Shown here piece after piece: positions 1-7,782 of a DNA stretch of 63,646 nucleotides. Position 1 is the stretch's first letter. Each line of letters opens with the position of its first letter. This stretch comes from an uncultured Gammaproteobacteria bacterium (GTDB taxonomy: Bacteria; Patescibacteriota; Microgenomatia; UBA10105; UBA927): assembly GCA_964356315.1 (NCBI GenBank), contig CAYHHA010000006.1:1-63646 (forward strand), in the 5' to 3' direction. The notes under the pieces were generated by a model. That model was not told the DNA's origin and did not search any database. It was given only the letters and a program-made list of their open reading frames with translations. Both the position numbers and the translations under genes were made by a program.

Positions 1-44
1 CTACCCGCAGATACAAGGAGACTGCTCAATTCTACATTTGTAGT

Positions 45-160
45 CGCACAATCTTCGTTTTATGACGTTGTTTCGAGGCTATTACCCCCTATAACTTTTT
101 CAAAATAACCGATAGTATATTGGCTCAGCTTTGAAGGTGCCAAAAAGAGGACATTATTTC
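45..160. repeat. Mosaic intergenic repeat, copy A (about 115 nt)
   Basis: By-eye alignment. 45-160 matches 11618-11730 (CGCACAATCTT.GTTTTATGACGT ... CCGATAGTA ... AAAAAGAGGA). 81-160 matches 1090-1162 (TTACCCCCT ... CCGATAGTAT.TTGGCTCAGC.TTGAAG ... GGA.A.TATTTC). Confidence 0.6.
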
Positions 161-207
161 ATAATTCCGTTATAATACATAAACTTACAGATAAAATCAT
201 AACCGTA
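154..207 (-). pseudogene. Relic of the 3' end of a LepB-like/TPR gene (17 codons)
   Basis: The minus strand from 207 to 154 reads YGYDFICKFMYYNGIMK-stop. This aligns with the C-terminus SRYDVLRKFILENTPLK-stop of the 1156..2178 protein. The stop codons sit at homologous positions of repeat copies A and B. An in-frame stop at 208-210 truncates the relic. Confidence 0.35.
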
Positions 208-270
208 TCATTTGATACATCTTGTGTTATCGTATATTTAGATCATAATAATGATGTAGAAGCATAACGT

Positions 271-969
271 ATGGAAGAACCTAAGCCTAATATTAAACGA
301 CGTATTCCATTCAAATACCTATGGCCAATAATGATTTTTGCATTTGTGATGGAAGTTATCTTGTTGGTCTTTCATGATGTCTATTTTCCAAAGGAAAAAA
401 TATTATATTTTATTTTGAGCCTTACGCTGATTAATACTGCATTGATTGGTTTCTTCTCGTTTCTGTCATGGTTGATTTGGTTTGTTCCAAGAATTAATTT
501 TCGCAATAAAACTGCAAATATACGTTTTCTGTTAATTGTCTCAGTATTCTTTATCTTGTATTTTAGTATGTTTTTTTATGGCAGGCTGATAATCCAACCA
601 GCAAACGAAGCAATTCGGCTTATTGACCAAGCAGAAACACTATTGATTCAAGAACCTCTACCACAAACATTGGCCGAAGATATTTCGAGACAAAAAGAAT
701 ATATCGCACTATATGAACTAGCAAGCAAAATCGATTCTAAAAATTTTGAAGTACTAGGATACCAAAATCTTGACAAGTATATAAATGATGTAATCCTATT
801 TATGAAAGAAGTGCTGGATTGGTCAGAAAAAGCAAATTCAAGAAGTATTGTTTATACAAAAGAATCGGCTGATGCAAAAATTGCTGAATTTACCAGCAAG
901 CGCAAATCTATTAATGAAAATAATTTTTCTATGATTCCCCTGTGGGTGACGCTCATATTTTTAAGATGA
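271..969 (+). CDS. Hypothetical multi-pass membrane protein
   Basis: 232-aa ORF with about four hydrophobic segments in the N-terminal half and a helical charged C-terminal half. No recognisable catalytic motif. Confidence 0.5.
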   Translation: MEEPKPNIKRRIPFKYLWPIMIFAFVMEVILLVFHDVYFPKEKILYFILSLTLINTALIGFFSFLSWLIWFVPRINFRNKTANIRFLLIVSVFFILYFSMFFYGRLIIQPANEAIRLIDQAETLLIQEPLPQTLAEDISRQKEYIALYELASKIDSKNFEVLGYQNLDKYINDVILFMKEVLDWSEKANSRSIVYTKESADAKIAEFTSKRKSINENNFSMIPLWVTLIFLR

Positions 970-1044
970 TTTCATGCGTGACTGGGTGTGAGTAACACGA
1001 TAGCACTTATGTGATTACTGTTAGACAGCAAACTATCGATTGTG

Positions 1045-1162
1045 TATTGAATATCCGTGTCTATAGGGTGCGGTTACTTCAAATGCATCTTACCCCCTTT
1101 TTCTAAATACCCGATAGTATCTTGGCTCAGCCTTGAAGTCGTCAAAAAAAGGATACTATTTC
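1045..1162. repeat. Mosaic intergenic repeat, copy B
   Basis: The 3' half matches copy A and the 5' half (ATAGGGTGCGGTTACTTCAAATGCATCTTACCCCCT) matches copy D at 2255-2318. It overlaps the last three codons and stop of the 1156..2178 gene. Confidence 0.6.
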
Positions 1163-2178
1163 AGAGGTGTATTTTCTAAAATGAACTTACGAAGGACATC
1201 ATACCTCGATTTAACATTCTCTTTGGTCAAATCGCCTTTTTCGTAGGCTGCTAATGCCTCGTTTGCATATTTAATTGCATTTTCTTTATTTCCAATTGTC
1301 GAATAATAACCAGCGATGTTATGCAGTATGAATGGATTATCAGAACCGAGTTCTGCTGCCAGTAGATATTCTTTTGTAGATCGTTCGTAGTCCTTGGCAA
1401 CAAGATAAATGTCCCCAAGTGCAATCATAGCGGGAACATATTTGTAGTTATTACTAGCCTGCATAAAGTATTCCTCTGCTTTCGTTGTATTTTTTATACT
1501 GAGAAAGTATTCTCCTACATTGTATAAATCCTCACCAGTAAGAGCATTTTGAGCAGGTGTTTTTACAGTAATTAGTCCGAATTTATCAGGAGGCCATAAA
1601 CGAAATGGAACTATGCCAATAAGTTTACTCTTATGAATTGGTCCAAAAATGCGACCATCTACAGAATGTTGCCTGTTGTCAGCCATTACAAAAATAGAAT
1701 CAGCAGGAATCTTGAGTGTTTCCCCCTCTTTTATAGCTCCTTCCTCTGATGAAGGAATAGTAACCCCCATAACATATGGTTCTACAAGGATTGAACCATT
1801 CAAGTAAACAAGTCCTTCTTTTATCTGAACTGTATCTCCTCCAATAGCGATTATTCTACCTATGTAGTCAGCGTCTTCATTTTTTGGGTATTTATAAATA
1901 ACAATTTCTCCTCTTTGTGGTTCGTTTAGGTAATACTGAAGTTTAAATAGAACGACCTGTTCATCATTCCTCAAAGTTGGCTCCATACCATTTCCATACA
2001 TTTGCATATTGCATACGATGAAAAGATAAATAGAAGCAAGTAAAATGAGTACGCCGACGAGCGCTTTTTTTCCACCTTTTTTAAAAGCCATAATCAAACT
2101 ACCTAATATGATAACTGAAGAAAGAATTAGAAGCGCATTAAATCCAATGAAACCTAGATTTATATTATTTTCTTCCAT
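1156..2178 (-). CDS. Signal peptidase I (S26)-like protein with substituted catalytic dyad, fused to a C-terminal TPR/Sel1-like domain
   Basis: S26 boxes are recognisable: GNGMEPTL (canonical S-M-x-P-T-L), YIGRIIAIGGD (canonical Y-I-K-R-x-x-G-x-x-GD) and VMADNRQHSVDGRIFGPI. Gly replaces both the catalytic Ser and the catalytic Lys, confirmed on the DNA. There is an N-terminal TM segment, and the C-terminal 130 aa show TPR-like repeats. Start taken at ATG 2178 (MEENNINLG); the ORF extends to 2214. Confidence 0.7.
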   Translation of the reverse strand: MEENNINLGFIGFNALLILSSVIILGSLIMAFKKGGKKALVGVLILLASIYLFIVCNMQMYGNGMEPTLRNDEQVVLFKLQYYLNEPQRGEIVIYKYPKNEDADYIGRIIAIGGDTVQIKEGLVYLNGSILVEPYVMGVTIPSSEEGAIKEGETLKIPADSIFVMADNRQHSVDGRIFGPIHKSKLIGIVPFRLWPPDKFGLITVKTPAQNALTGEDLYNVGEYFLSIKNTTKAEEYFMQASNNYKYVPAMIALGDIYLVAKDYERSTKEYLLAAELGSDNPFILHNIAGYYSTIGNKENAIKYANEALAAYEKGDLTKENVKSRYDVLRKFILENTPLK

Positions 2179-2254
2179 ATTTAGACAACTAGAAGTATGC
2201 TTGCATTGTAACACATCTGCGGAAAACTCACTCTGAATCTACCTATACTCGAAT

Positions 2255-2318
2255 ACATTGAACATAGGGTACGGGTAGCTCAAAACCCGCTTACCCCCTG
2301 ATTCTTATATAGTATTAC
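2255..2318. repeat. Mosaic repeat, partial copy D
   Basis: ATAGGGTACGGGTAGCTCAAAACCCGCTTACCCCCTGATTCTTATATAGTAT aligns with the 5' half of copy B. Confidence 0.5.
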
Positions 2319-2489
2319 TTTCATTTCAGGCAGGATAATTGCCATATGTAACTTATAGAATTGGATATTGAGATAGTATATATTGTTAATATAATTTTTT
2401 ACGTAACATACCGTATGATAACAGTATTACGTATATTATAAGATACATATACTACGTATTTAGCTTGTATGTATCGTATTACGATAATA

Positions 2490-2518
2490 TTGACACATGC
2501 TATTATTTTATGTATTGT
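2490..2518 (+). promoter_or_regulatory. Possible sigma70-type promoter for the 2644..3627 gene set
   Basis: TTGACA (2490-2495), a 17-nt spacer, then TATTGT (2513-2518), about 125 nt upstream of the first + strand ORF. Pattern match only. Confidence 0.25.
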
Positions 2519-2643
2519 ATAAACATAATTGAATTAGGGGGCAGCTCCCCGTCTGCATTCGCAGTATAGGCAACGAGGCCTTATAGCAATTCGCTATTAA
2601 ATCCGAAGCAAGCTTATTTGATGATAGACATCTCTATCATTGG

Positions 2644-2946
2644 ATGAGCTTTTTTTTGTTGGATAAAAGGAAAAATATGAACGAATATTTTGAAACAAAG
2701 GATAAACAGATCACACCATATCTTCTTACTAGGCAGGATATCGAATTCCACGGAATTGTAATGCATGGCCCTATGATCTTCTTCCGTTTTACACCACATG
2801 AAGTCGCTAGCGCCGCTGCTAATCAATTCATATCTCGACAAGCCAATCCAGTTGAGCCAAAAACGCTGTTAGATGCAGTTGAAAGCTATAGAGATATAGT
2901 TTTTCAGATGAAGGAAAAGAGGAATAGTTATGGAATCCATCAGTAA
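2644..2946 (+). CDS. Hypothetical small protein (element A)
   Basis: 100-aa ORF with an alternative start at MNEYFET (2677). Overlaps the next ORF by 17 nt, which suggests an operon. No motif recognised. Confidence 0.45.
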   Translation: MSFFLLDKRKNMNEYFETKDKQITPYLLTRQDIEFHGIVMHGPMIFFRFTPHEVASAAANQFISRQANPVEPKTLLDAVESYRDIVFQMKEKRNSYGIHQ

Positions 2947-3328
2947 AACAGTAAAAAAACAATACGATCAGATTGTTCCCAGTCCAGCTGTTAACAGTAA
3001 TAATAATACTTCTAATACAGTTAACAGTAATAGTAATACTACAAATACTGTTAACAGTATTGATGAATGGCTTTTGAGGATGGAAACAACTCGTGATGGG
3101 ATCGCTTACAAGCTTTCAGAAGACTTGGGGGATAAAAAAAGTCTTCAGTACTACAAGGTTCTTACCCATAATCATGATCCTCGGAAACTTCTAGATGCGC
3201 TTGCGATATTCAGAAATGCCAAAGCAAATGGTGTTCATATCAAGTTTCCGCCCGCATATTTTCAAGGTATTTTACGAAATTGGGGAATTCAAACTAAGTT
3301 TTCTAAAAGCGGGGGGAAATCAATATGA
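2930..3328 (+). CDS. Hypothetical protein with Asn-rich repeat and a DnaD/DnaB_2-like C-terminal motif
   Basis: 132-aa ORF. It has an N-rich low-complexity tract (NSNNNTSNTVNSNSNTTNTVNS). The C-terminal PAYFQGILRNWGIQ resembles the YxxxILxxW signature of DnaD-type replication organiser domains. Confidence 0.45.
   Translation: MESISKTVKKQYDQIVPSPAVNSNNNTSNTVNSNSNTTNTVNSIDEWLLRMETTRDGIAYKLSEDLGDKKSLQYYKVLTHNHDPRKLLDALAIFRNAKANGVHIKFPPAYFQGILRNWGIQTKFSKSGGKSI
2990..3061 (+). repeat. 30-nt imperfect tandem repeat inside the CDS (2.4 units)
   Basis: GTTAACAGTAAT... units start at 2990, 3020 and 3050 and encode the Asn/Thr/Ser-rich tract. Confidence 0.7.
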
Positions 3329-3627
3329 CCACGGGCGTCCAAAAATCTTCCGCCTCGAGAATCGTGCTAAAACTTGGGGAATACAGTAGAGATGTGAAAA
3401 CATACCATACAACGAAAACAAAACGTTTTTATGCGATTGTCAAAGCGGAAAAATTCCAAAAAGCCTATGTGAAGGTGGCTTACGGGAAAGCAAAAAACAA
3501 CTCTGGAGAGATTGTTGATTTTTACAACGATGGCATCTATGAAACAGAGGAAGAATTAATTCACGCATTCAAAGCATTTATTGATATCGACAAGCCTAAT
3601 ACTGGTAATGTTCCCGTGAAGAACTAA
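3325..3627 (+). CDS. Conserved integrase-adjacent small protein (paralog of 19706..20002); candidate recombination directionality factor
   Basis: The C-terminal halves align: FYNDGIYETEEELIHAFKAFIDIDKPNTGNVPVKN vs FYNDGEYETKKDLLQAFKAFIEVDKASTENVPARN. Both genes are convergent with, and about 60-70 nt from, an integrase. Confidence 0.6.
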   Translation: MTTGVQKSSASRIVLKLGEYSRDVKTYHTTKTKRFYAIVKAEKFQKAYVKVAYGKAKNNSGEIVDFYNDGIYETEEELIHAFKAFIDIDKPNTGNVPVKN

Positions 3628-3655
3628 TTATCGGAGTAGCTTGTGGTTTGAGAAT

Positions 3656-3678
3656 GGAGGCTAGATTTTCTATCCTCC
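3656..3678. other. Conserved hairpin between the X gene and integrase A
   Basis: GGAGGCTAGA-TTT-TCTATCCTCC (one mismatch). The counterpart at 20019-20041 is a perfect 10-bp stem. The whole 70-nt spacer is more conserved between the two elements than the flanking coding DNA. There is no U-tract on either side. Confidence 0.5.
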
Positions 3679-3696
3679 ATAAATGAAACCATATTC

Positions 3697-4713
3697 TCAC
3701 TTTGAGGACAATGAAAAGTCCAGACTATCCCCCTGCTCTGACATCGTAAAACAAAAACGATCATCATTTTCCAGATGCAAATTCTCAATCGTAGCTTTCA
3801 CCAGTTTTAAAATATCCTTCGGATCTATATTTTTTCTGACCATTGGGTGTCGCATAGCTGCTCGTTCTAGCGTTTTATCCGCCAAATGCATATATGTCGA
3901 ATACGTTGTTTGAATATCCTTGTGTCCTACGAGTGTCGCAACTTCTGTAATGGGTATACTTGCTTCCAACATATGAGTGATGTAGCTATGTCTGAAATTA
4001 TGTGGGAATGTACGCTTTGTGATCCCAGCCTCTTTCGCTCTCCGTTTCAAATCACCGCTATATTCCGTGACTTGAACTTGTTTCTCTGATGAATTCCGAA
4101 ACACTCTATCATCGGGTTTTCTATCGATCAGTAATTCTGATAGCCTACTTTTTAACGGATCGGTAAAATATGCAGTTCTATTTTCATTTGTTTTCGTATT
4201 TGTGAATATTGCTTTGCCTGCGCTGATATCTACATGTTTGACTGTTAACTCTGCCGCCTCTGAATATCTGCACCCTGTATATGCAAGAAACATTGTCATT
4301 GTTCGATACATATCGTCCAAAAAGTCACTGGACTGTCCATGGAATTTACCATACGTGAGTGATGTATTGAGAATTCGTTCTATTTCGTCCTGTGTAAAGA
4401 TCACAATATCGGGCTTTGTCTTTTTGAACGATTTGAACCCGTCAAAAAAATCAGATGGCATTCCCCGATCTTTGCAGTAATTCACAAGGTGGCTGAACAT
4501 AAAACGATAGGTATTCAGGGAATTATTTTTTAATCCTCTGGCTTTTAAATACGTGAAGAATTTTTCTATACTGCTTTGGGATAGATCGACATGGCTATTC
4601 TGCAACCAGTCATTAAATATACCAACCCGACCCATGCAATGACGTACAGAGCTAGCATTAAGCCCTTCCTTGATCGTTATGAAGCTATGAAAATCTTGTT
4701 CATCTATCTGCAT
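3697..4713 (-). CDS. int: Tyrosine recombinase/integrase (element A)
   Basis: Catalytic-domain signatures are present: TGCRYSEA (Arg), HNFRHSY (His-x-x-Arg), LVGHKDIQTT and YSTYMH (Tyr). By eye it is about three-quarters identical to the integrase at 20059..21072. Start taken at MQIDEQDF (4713), matching the paralog. Confidence 0.9.
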   Translation of the reverse strand: MQIDEQDFHSFITIKEGLNASSVRHCMGRVGIFNDWLQNSHVDLSQSSIEKFFTYLKARGLKNNSLNTYRFMFSHLVNYCKDRGMPSDFFDGFKSFKKTKPDIVIFTQDEIERILNTSLTYGKFHGQSSDFLDDMYRTMTMFLAYTGCRYSEAAELTVKHVDISAGKAIFTNTKTNENRTAYFTDPLKSRLSELLIDRKPDDRVFRNSSEKQVQVTEYSGDLKRRAKEAGITKRTFPHNFRHSYITHMLEASIPITEVATLVGHKDIQTTYSTYMHLADKTLERAAMRHPMVRKNIDPKDILKLVKATIENLHLENDDRFCFTMSEQGDSLDFSLSSK

Positions 4714-4799
4714 ACTCCCCATTCGGGAGTAGCTTGTGTTTTAAAACGAATTCCAGTGAAGAACAGTATAAGTATACTGTTTTTAGCCTCAAAAAGCAA

Positions 4800-4845
4800 T
4801 ACTTCACGGTGTCAAAACACAATGCATTTACCCCCTAGAGAAGAC
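4800..4845. repeat. TTACCCCCT-containing block in the integrase-proximal arm of element A (copy E)
   Basis: CAAAACACAATGCATTTACCCCCTAGAG resembles copy B (CAAATGCATCTTACCCCCT) and the degenerate block at 21181-21203 in element B. Confidence 0.4.
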
Positions 4846-4896
4846 ATAAAAATGCAGAATACATGTAGTGCTTAAAAGTTACTGAAGCTAATCTGT

Positions 4897-4926
4897 CTAC
4901 CGCTTCTGCCGTAGAAATGCGGGAAT
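4897..4926. other. att site: orphan copy of the ftsZ 3' end (junction between elements A and B)
   Basis: The reverse complement reads ATT CCC GCA TTT CTA CGG CAG AAG CGG TAG, which is IPAFLRQKR-stop. 4904-4926 is identical to 21262-21284. No ftsZ body follows it. Confidence 0.85.
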
Positions 4927-5214
4927 TTATAGGACAAGGATTATTTTCAGCTTCAATACTATCAATGGCACGACATATAAAAACGTACGTTTCAAACCCT
5001 TCAATGAAGAGTGTAACAGAGTAATAAATATTTACAAGCGTTAAGACTTCTTCTTTTCATTTAACACGAACATATGAAACGCATAAGCTAATTATGATAT
5101 CTAATCAACAGAAACAATCCCATATGAAAATAGCAAATATAGATCTCCAATGAAGTAAGAGTCTTTAATTACTTACGAATAAAGGATTTATGTAAAAAAA
5201 TTAGTTGTTGAAGC

Positions 5215-6222
5215 TTACTCTTCAGCTATTTTCGTCAGAGGGATTTGACAATATGTACAATATTTTTTATATGACATAAATTTTCTTTTACAGTTTAAAC
5301 AGACTAATACATCATTTGTATTGCTCGGCTCGTTCTTGTCTAACGATTCATACTTAAGCTCCTTTAAGTCATCAAGTTTTTTCTTTAAATCCTCGTGCTT
5401 AAAACTATCACTTTTCAATAAATCATCTAATCTAGATTGTTCTTCTTTTTTTGCAAGCAATATCGCTGGCTTAGCATAATTTAAATAGTAATATAACCCT
5501 TTGAGAAACTGATATGCGCCAAACAATATAGGCCCATACAGGACATAAAACTGCTCTCCAGAAGGCGTGTAGATATAACTAATATACGTAAATACAGCAC
5601 CTCCAAGCGGCCACAAAGATGACCGAAACAATGATTGTTTCAACTCTTTGTTGAGTTTTTCAGAGGGAAGTATAGGATTACCTCGTGACCAAATAAATAA
5701 TATAAATGAAATTATTCCAGTGATTAGAAGTAACCAAACAAAGGAAGAACCATAGTCAACTAAATTATAATGTTTATTATATTCATCAATAATTTTGTCT
5801 CTATCTTCTATTGAATGATTATATAAACTTGTGAAGGAATCGGTTATTTTAGCTTCTTCACCCTTCTCAATTGAAGATAACAATATGTTTGCGTCAGCGC
5901 CCAGTAGTTTACTACTATTTGCGAATTTCTTAAGCAGAGCTTTTGTTGATTCATCGGTCTCATTTGTAGAAAGATTGTCAAAATATTTAGATGACTCAAT
6001 AAAATAGACTTGAAATGAGTTGGTTTCTTCTACTACTGCCTGCAAATCTTCTTTTGAATCATCTAAATTGTTATAATGCTTAAGTAAATTGGTAATTACA
6101 TCAGTATCTTTACCTATTCGTTCGCCAATCTCCCCAGATGCAACGGCAAAAACCGGTTTAAATGGAATTGCAAGTAAAACCAGAAGAAGAATTATGATCA
6201 CAGATTTTACAATTACTTTCAT
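5215..6222 (-). CDS. Membrane protein: signal peptide, helical exo-domain, 3 TM segments, cytoplasmic coiled coil and C-terminal zinc ribbon
   Basis: Features: hydrophobic N-terminus, TM segments after residue 160, K/E/D/L-rich stretch, and C-terminal CLNC-x13-CTYC. Its start abuts the stop of the M48 gene with a 1-nt gap. Confidence 0.6.
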   Translation of the reverse strand: MKVIVKSVIIILLLVLLAIPFKPVFAVASGEIGERIGKDTDVITNLLKHYNNLDDSKEDLQAVVEETNSFQVYFIESSKYFDNLSTNETDESTKALLKKFANSSKLLGADANILLSSIEKGEEAKITDSFTSLYNHSIEDRDKIIDEYNKHYNLVDYGSSFVWLLLITGIISFILFIWSRGNPILPSEKLNKELKQSLFRSSLWPLGGAVFTYISYIYTPSGEQFYVLYGPILFGAYQFLKGLYYYLNYAKPAILLAKKEEQSRLDDLLKSDSFKHEDLKKKLDDLKELKYESLDKNEPSNTNDVLVCLNCKRKFMSYKKYCTYCQIPLTKIAEE

Positions 6223-6223
6223 A

Positions 6224-6991
6224 TCAAATATTATTAATTATATCTTTATTATAGGCATAATACTGGATGAGAGTGTATATCCGTTTAACGGAATAGGGGT
6301 GATCGGATAGAGTTTCAGCGACTTTTTCAAAAGGGTCATCAATATTATGAACTTGTTTAATAAAATGATTTATATTCATTTTCTTATAAGTTTTTTGACC
6401 AACCGTGATTTTCATTAATGCTGATAAAGCGTGATCAATATTACCAGAGCAGTACAGTCCAACCTTATCGGCTGAATATTCTGCGAGGCGACTCCAAAAA
6501 CCGAATATATAAGTTGCACCAATAATTTTATTCCCAGCAGGACTTATAAGGGTGTTTATCAGATGATGTTTAAATACAACATGACCCATTTCATGACCAA
6601 TCACAAAACATAATTCGTCATCATCTAAAACATCTAATAAACCGGATGTGATGATAATTGATGGATGTATTAAACCCAGTGTATAAGCGTTAAGTTCTGG
6701 GCTTTGGATAATATACAATTTTGGTTTTGCGATTCCGAGTTTTGTAGCGTTTTGCTCTAAAATTTTATGCATAACTGGTAGGGATTCCTCATCAACAGAA
6801 AGAGCATTACCAATAAAACTTGCGTTCATCAATACTATATAGATAATCACCCCTGCTGCTAATACAAAGGGTAGGTAATTATGCAAATCAAATGTAAGAT
6901 ACGCTATTCCAATAGAGATTAATATCCCAAGGATTAAAAAAATGTTTTCATCATTAGACTGCAAATGTTTTAAATTTAATGCCCTTTCCAT
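6224..6991 (-). CDS. M48-family (HtpX/Ste24-like) zinc metalloprotease, membrane-bound
   Basis: HEMGHVVFKHH (HExxH) motif, two N-terminal TM segments and a downstream EYSADKVG glutamate region typical of M48. Confidence 0.75.
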   Translation of the reverse strand: MERALNLKHLQSNDENIFLILGILISIGIAYLTFDLHNYLPFVLAAGVIIYIVLMNASFIGNALSVDEESLPVMHKILEQNATKLGIAKPKLYIIQSPELNAYTLGLIHPSIIITSGLLDVLDDDELCFVIGHEMGHVVFKHHLINTLISPAGNKIIGATYIFGFWSRLAEYSADKVGLYCSGNIDHALSALMKITVGQKTYKKMNINHFIKQVHNIDDPFEKVAETLSDHPYSVKRIYTLIQYYAYNKDIINNI

Positions 6992-7024
6992 AATAGTAGT
7001 GCAAAAGACTTACTTTTTACCGTC

Positions 7025-7705
7025 CTAATGCCCTGACAGTATTCGCATAGAATTTGAACCCATCAAAAATTTTAAAACTCTACTGTTAAGTCTGTCAGCT
7101 GTCGGATGAAATTGATTCAATAATGCAAAACTTTCATCAAAAATATTTTTTGATGTTGAATACGATTCAAGCTGCAACAAGTTATAATATGCCTTATTAC
7201 ATTCTGATACTTTACTTTTAATGATGTCTACATAAAACTCATCAAAGCAGCTAGTAATTAGCTTATCAGAAATTGCATTTAATTTATCCTGTAAAAGATT
7301 GGTTCTTGGCACAGTTACAGTGTAATACAGTGATAATTTTATCTGAGTTTTCTGATCTAACTGTGCTATATATTGCAACGGCTCAGTAGACTGCTCCCAC
7401 AAATCACGTGTGTATTTACGAAAAGTATGAAAATTATTTATTCCCTTATTATTTTGTTGTGTATCATTATTTTCGGTTAGAACGTTACTTGCCTGTAGCA
7501 TATTTGATGCTATTTCATTCTCAATCGCTTCAAGTATTCTTTGTTTTGAGATTTGCTCTTGGACTTGAAGTGTAAATATATTAACCAATAAACTAAATAG
7601 AGCACCAGCAATTAACCCTCCTAAAAAATTATCTACTCTACTTTTTTTAATTAACTTAAAGGGGCGTTGCATTATCAAAAATATATTAGAAAATATTCGT
7701 TTCAT
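7025..7705 (-). CDS. Hypothetical single-pass membrane protein, first gene of the M48 operon
   Basis: ATG at 7705 is preceded by GGGAGG six nt upstream. One TM segment (FLGGLIAGALFSLLVNIFTL) is followed by a helical domain. The ORF extension to 7762 covers a terminator hairpin and is rejected. Confidence 0.6.
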   Translation of the reverse strand: MKRIFSNIFLIMQRPFKLIKKSRVDNFLGGLIAGALFSLLVNIFTLQVQEQISKQRILEAIENEIASNMLQASNVLTENNDTQQNNKGINNFHTFRKYTRDLWEQSTEPLQYIAQLDQKTQIKLSLYYTVTVPRTNLLQDKLNAISDKLITSCFDEFYVDIIKSKVSECNKAYYNLLQLESYSTSKNIFDESFALLNQFHPTADRLNSRVLKFLMGSNSMRILSGH

Positions 7706-7733
7706 ATTTGCCTCCCATTTGAAAAAATTAACA

Positions 7734-7757
7734 CAAAAAATCCGCTCAGGGGCGGAT
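7734..7757 (-). terminator. Intrinsic-terminator-like hairpin in the leader of the M48 operon
   Basis: The minus strand reads ATCCGC-CCCTGA-GCGGAT followed by TTTTTGTG, about 25 nt upstream of the SD/ATG at 7705. There is no upstream minus-strand gene for it to terminate. Confidence 0.5.
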
Positions 7758-7782
7758 ATCAATATCTATTATATCACTATTC

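Larger units (their letters stand above)
2300..4926. mobile_element. Integrative element A (small or decayed sibling of element B); left boundary not defined
   Basis: The right end is the orphan ftsZ-3' att copy at 4897-4926. It contains integrase 3697..4713 and a paralog of the integrase-adjacent gene of element B. No third att core was found to mark the left end. Confidence 0.5.

Noticed and set aside
2324-2389. Third, degenerate copy of the ftsZ att core marking the left end of element A
   Set aside because: The best by-eye matches (for example TTCAGGCAGGATAATTGCC vs TTCTGCCGTAGAAATGCGG) are about half identical. That is not distinguishable from chance in AT-rich DNA.
2614-2841. 75-aa minus-strand ORF antisense to 2644..2946
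   Set aside because: There is no SD or motif. The + strand ORF is part of an overlapping three-gene series and is preferred, although it is itself only moderately supported.
3656-3678. Hairpins at 3656-3678 and 20019-20041 as bidirectional intrinsic terminators
   Set aside because: The stems are good, but neither strand has the required U-tract after the hairpin. They are kept as conserved hairpins of unknown role.
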